Assembly (NCBI GenBank): GCA_963841015.1
Contig: CAWJAX010000003.1
Span: forward strand, 288,001 to 352,000
DNA from: an uncultured Methanoregulaceae archaeon
GTDB lineage: Archaea; Halobacteriota; Methanomicrobia; Methanomicrobiales; Methanospirillaceae
Direction of reading: 5' to 3'
Length of the DNA: 64,000 bases
Position 1 is the first letter of the stretch; every line of letters begins with the position of its first letter. Of the stretch, positions 61,509-64,000 are shown one piece after another. Both the position numbers and the translations under genes were made by a program. The notes below the pieces were generated by a model. That model did not search any database and was not told the DNA's origin. It saw only the letters and a program-made list of their open reading frames with translations.

Positions 61509-62296
61509 GGCGGGACTCCGATGTTCCGGTAGCAGCCCAGCTCCTTTACCGTAGAAATGGATTTAAGTTCATCAAGTGCCTCGCAGGTATCCGTTGTCCA
61601 GGCATAATCCAGAAAGAACACATAATTCCCCATACCTCTTTTTGACGGACGCGATTCGATCCTGGTGAGATTAATCTCCCGCCGGGCAAAGACTCCCAGA
61701 AGATCATGAAGAAGACCGGCACGATCGATGGTGGGGTCAATAACAATACTGCATTTTTGTGCACCGGTTTTTTGTGAAGCAGCGCGTGAAATGCGTACAA
61801 ACCGGGTTGTATTGGATGCATTGTTCTCAATGTTGGAGACGAGGACAGGCATTTTGTAATAGGATGCAGCGGATGCAGAGAGTATCGCACCCGCGTTGGG
61901 GGTTTTTTTTGCTTCTAGGGCACTGGATGCATTGCTGCTGGTATGGATAACGGGAAGTGCCCATTTTTCAAGATGCCCGCTGCACTGCTCATGGGTCTGG
62001 GGGTGTGCATAAATAACCCGCATCCGTGAAAACGGAACCAGGGAAGCGAGATGGTGGTGAATAGGCATGTACATCTCTGCGGTAATGAAAACAGGGAACC
62101 GTAATAATCCATCAAGTGTTTCGCCGACTCCTCCCGCTTCTGAATTCTCAATTGGTACTATTCCATCCCCTTCCCCTCTGGCTACTGCCGAGAAGATGCC
62201 GTGAATAGTTGCTGCCAGACGCACAGACTGACATCCCATCTTCAGGGCAAGTTCATGAGAGAACGTCCCTTCAGGCCCCAGCGTGATTATCGTCAT
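61505..62296 (-). CDS. pheA: Prephenate dehydratase
   Basis: LGPEGTFSH, VPIENS, HPQ, NTTRF and ACT domain INLTRIESRP. Confidence 0.95.
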   Translation of the reverse strand: MTIITLGPEGTFSHELALKMGCQSVRLAATIHGIFSAVARGEGDGIVPIENSEAGGVGETLDGLLRFPVFITAEMYMPIHHHLASLVPFSRMRVIYAHPQTHEQCSGHLEKWALPVIHTSSNASSALEAKKTPNAGAILSASAASYYKMPVLVSNIENNASNTTRFVRISRAASQKTGAQKCSIVIDPTIDRAGLLHDLLGVFARREINLTRIESRPSKRGMGNYVFFLDYAWTTDTCEALDELKSISTVKELGCYRNIGVPP

Positions 62297-63118
62297 CGGT
62301 TCACCATACATTCTATCAGGGCATCGGTCATTTTCATGGCTTCATCGCAATAGGTGCCGAGATGCCGGGTGTTTTGAAGGAAGAATTCCCGGAATAGTTC
62401 AGGATCCTCTGAATCCACAATCCTGCGGAGATTCTCTGCTGATGAAGTACATATCGACAGCACCTCCGGCACAAAAGGATTCTGCTGAAGAATATCTGCG
62501 TAGAGGGACGGATCCTGCGACAATAATCTTCCGACAAGGGAGAGTTCAATATGGTAGACCGGGCTGGTGAATGCCCGTGTTGTTTCGATATCGATTCCCA
62601 GCCGCCTTACTGAATCAGCCATGCAGAGCGTGACGAAATGGGTGAGACCCTGTACTACCGCCATCATCCGGTCGTGCTGTTCGGGCGTTGCGACAGTGCA
62701 TTGTGCCCCTTCACATCGGAAAATGGACAGGAGGGATTCGACCGTTTTCTCATCGGCACGGGCTGGACAGACGATAATTGTCTGTTGCCGGAGTGATTGT
62801 ACCGTTGGCCCGAACAGCGGGTGTAACCCGATCACACGGGCTTTTGAATTGAGCATGGCAGCTATCGGGTACTGCTTTGAGCGAGGTGAAATCACAGAGA
62901 ATCTGATCTTTTTTAAGAACCGGTGAAATCTCATTAATAACCCGGACAGTATCATGAATTGGAACTGATACGATGACAAGATCACATTGTTTTGCCAGTT
63001 CTGTATTTGTCAGAAGGGTTGACCTCCCAGAAACCACTACCTCATACCCCGCACGTTCAAAAACCGGGATGAAGAGCCTGCCCATTTTTCCGGTCCCACC
63101 AATAATTCCTGCCTTCAT
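62293..63118 (-). CDS. tyrA: Prephenate dehydrogenase (1-nt frameshift at ~62868)
   Basis: IIGGTGKMG, VSVPI and DFTSLK in one frame; HPLFGP and HDRMMAVVQGLTH in the other. Confidence 0.9.
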
Positions 63119-63121
63119 GTA

Positions 63122-64000
63122 TCACTTCTCACGAATGGTCTCTTTGACTGCCATGCCAAAATGCCTGCCGCCATCAAGGGTGCAGCCCATGATGGTGTCG
63201 CCCTTCTGGAGGTTCACTACAGAGATGGCTTTCCCGTCCTCTCCGACAAGCCGGATAGTCTCCGCATTCTGGAGGATAAGGCTGACCTTTGCCTTTCCGG
63301 CTTCAGCCTCAACCAGCAGCAGGGGCCGGCGCTCGATCTTGGTCCTGCCGATGATGGCGGTATGAGATGTTCCCTTCCCATCAGTGACCAGCACCTGGCC
63401 GCCTATGGCAAGGTCCGACAGGTACGCGGTCTTCCCATCCGGCAGGAGAATGTAGGCATGGACTGCCCCTGCATTCACCCGGAACGGGCGGGGTGCAACG
63501 TACGGGTTCTCCAGCGTCTCGGCATGGACGAGCAGCATGGCTGACGAGGTGTTACCCATCAGCATGCCTTCGCCATCGCTGAGCAGGGAGCAGGTATCAA
63601 CGCAGACCCGGTCGCCCATCCCGACCGGGTGGATCTTCGTCACCTTAAAGGGAACGAGACCTACCTTACCTTGGGGTGATTTCAGGATTGAAGCAACGGA
63701 TTTCACCATGGCCGGACTGTCAGTTTTCAGGAGGATGCCATGCGTTCCTTTCTCAAGCACGTGGAGTGCCATCCGGGTATCATTCTCATCTCTGACCAGC
63801 GCAATGATCTTATCGGACTGCGCCACAAGATTCTCGAGCGGGATGACCGTCCAGTCACTTGTCGCAACGATGACGAGCGTGTGCTTTCCCAATTCGGCTG
63901 CCTTGTTCTCGCTTGCCTTATCCGTGATCGTGCATTCAATCACATCTTTTCCGGACCTGATGTCCCCGTCGGGGGCAACGGTGGTGATGCGCCCGAGCCT
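63122..64000 (-). CDS. aroB': 3-dehydroquinate synthase II (archaeal AroB'), 5' end outside the window
   Basis: DWTVIPLENLVA, GDRVCVDTC, RPFRVNAGAVHAY, KIERRPL, LQNAETIRL and GRHFG motifs; frame stays open to the window edge. Confidence 0.95.
   Translation of the reverse strand, partial: RLGRITTVAPDGDIRSGKDVIECTITDKASENKAAELGKHTLVIVATSDWTVIPLENLVAQSDKIIALVRDENDTRMALHVLEKGTHGILLKTDSPAMVKSVASILKSPQGKVGLVPFKVTKIHPVGMGDRVCVDTCSLLSDGEGMLMGNTSSAMLLVHAETLENPYVAPRPFRVNAGAVHAYILLPDGKTAYLSDLAIGGQVLVTDGKGTSHTAIIGRTKIERRPLLLVEAEAGKAKVSLILQNAETIRLVGEDGKAISVVNLQKGDTIMGCTLDGGRHFGMAVKETIREK

Overview
Core-genome window of a methanogenic euryarchaeon. Gene content (methanogenesis marker 8, archaeosortase A, DHQ synthase II, TFE-beta next to Sm, TBP, TFS) suggests Methanomicrobiales, probably Methanoregula-like; this assignment is inference. 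About 55 protein genes cover basal transcription, tRNA/rRNA modification, an ECF Co/Ni transporter, a PadR-ABC exporter, gluconeogenesis, CDC48/Hsp20 and the shikimate-prephenate pathway. I saw no rRNA, tRNA, transposase or CRISPR array. Main unexplained signals: (1) at least 8 intergenic loci carry a dispersed family of MITE-like repeats, built from modules A/B/C/D in different orders and orientations, with two kinds of terminal inverted repeat and a shared core; (2) a stand-alone, partly degenerate Cas6b gene lies directly downstream of the longest A-B-C-D copy; (3) a ~305-nt end-paired, hairpin-rich non-coding segment (47263-47567) sits just downstream of a pseudo-REC-PAS-PAS diadenylate cyclase; (4) 13 single-base frameshifts fall at AGCT, GTAC or CCGG sites, most likely sequencing errors at methylated motifs rather than pseudogenes; (5) a DtxR-family operator occurs twice, the ThiC paralog looks BzaF-like, and two Cys-motif microproteins are missing from the ORF track.
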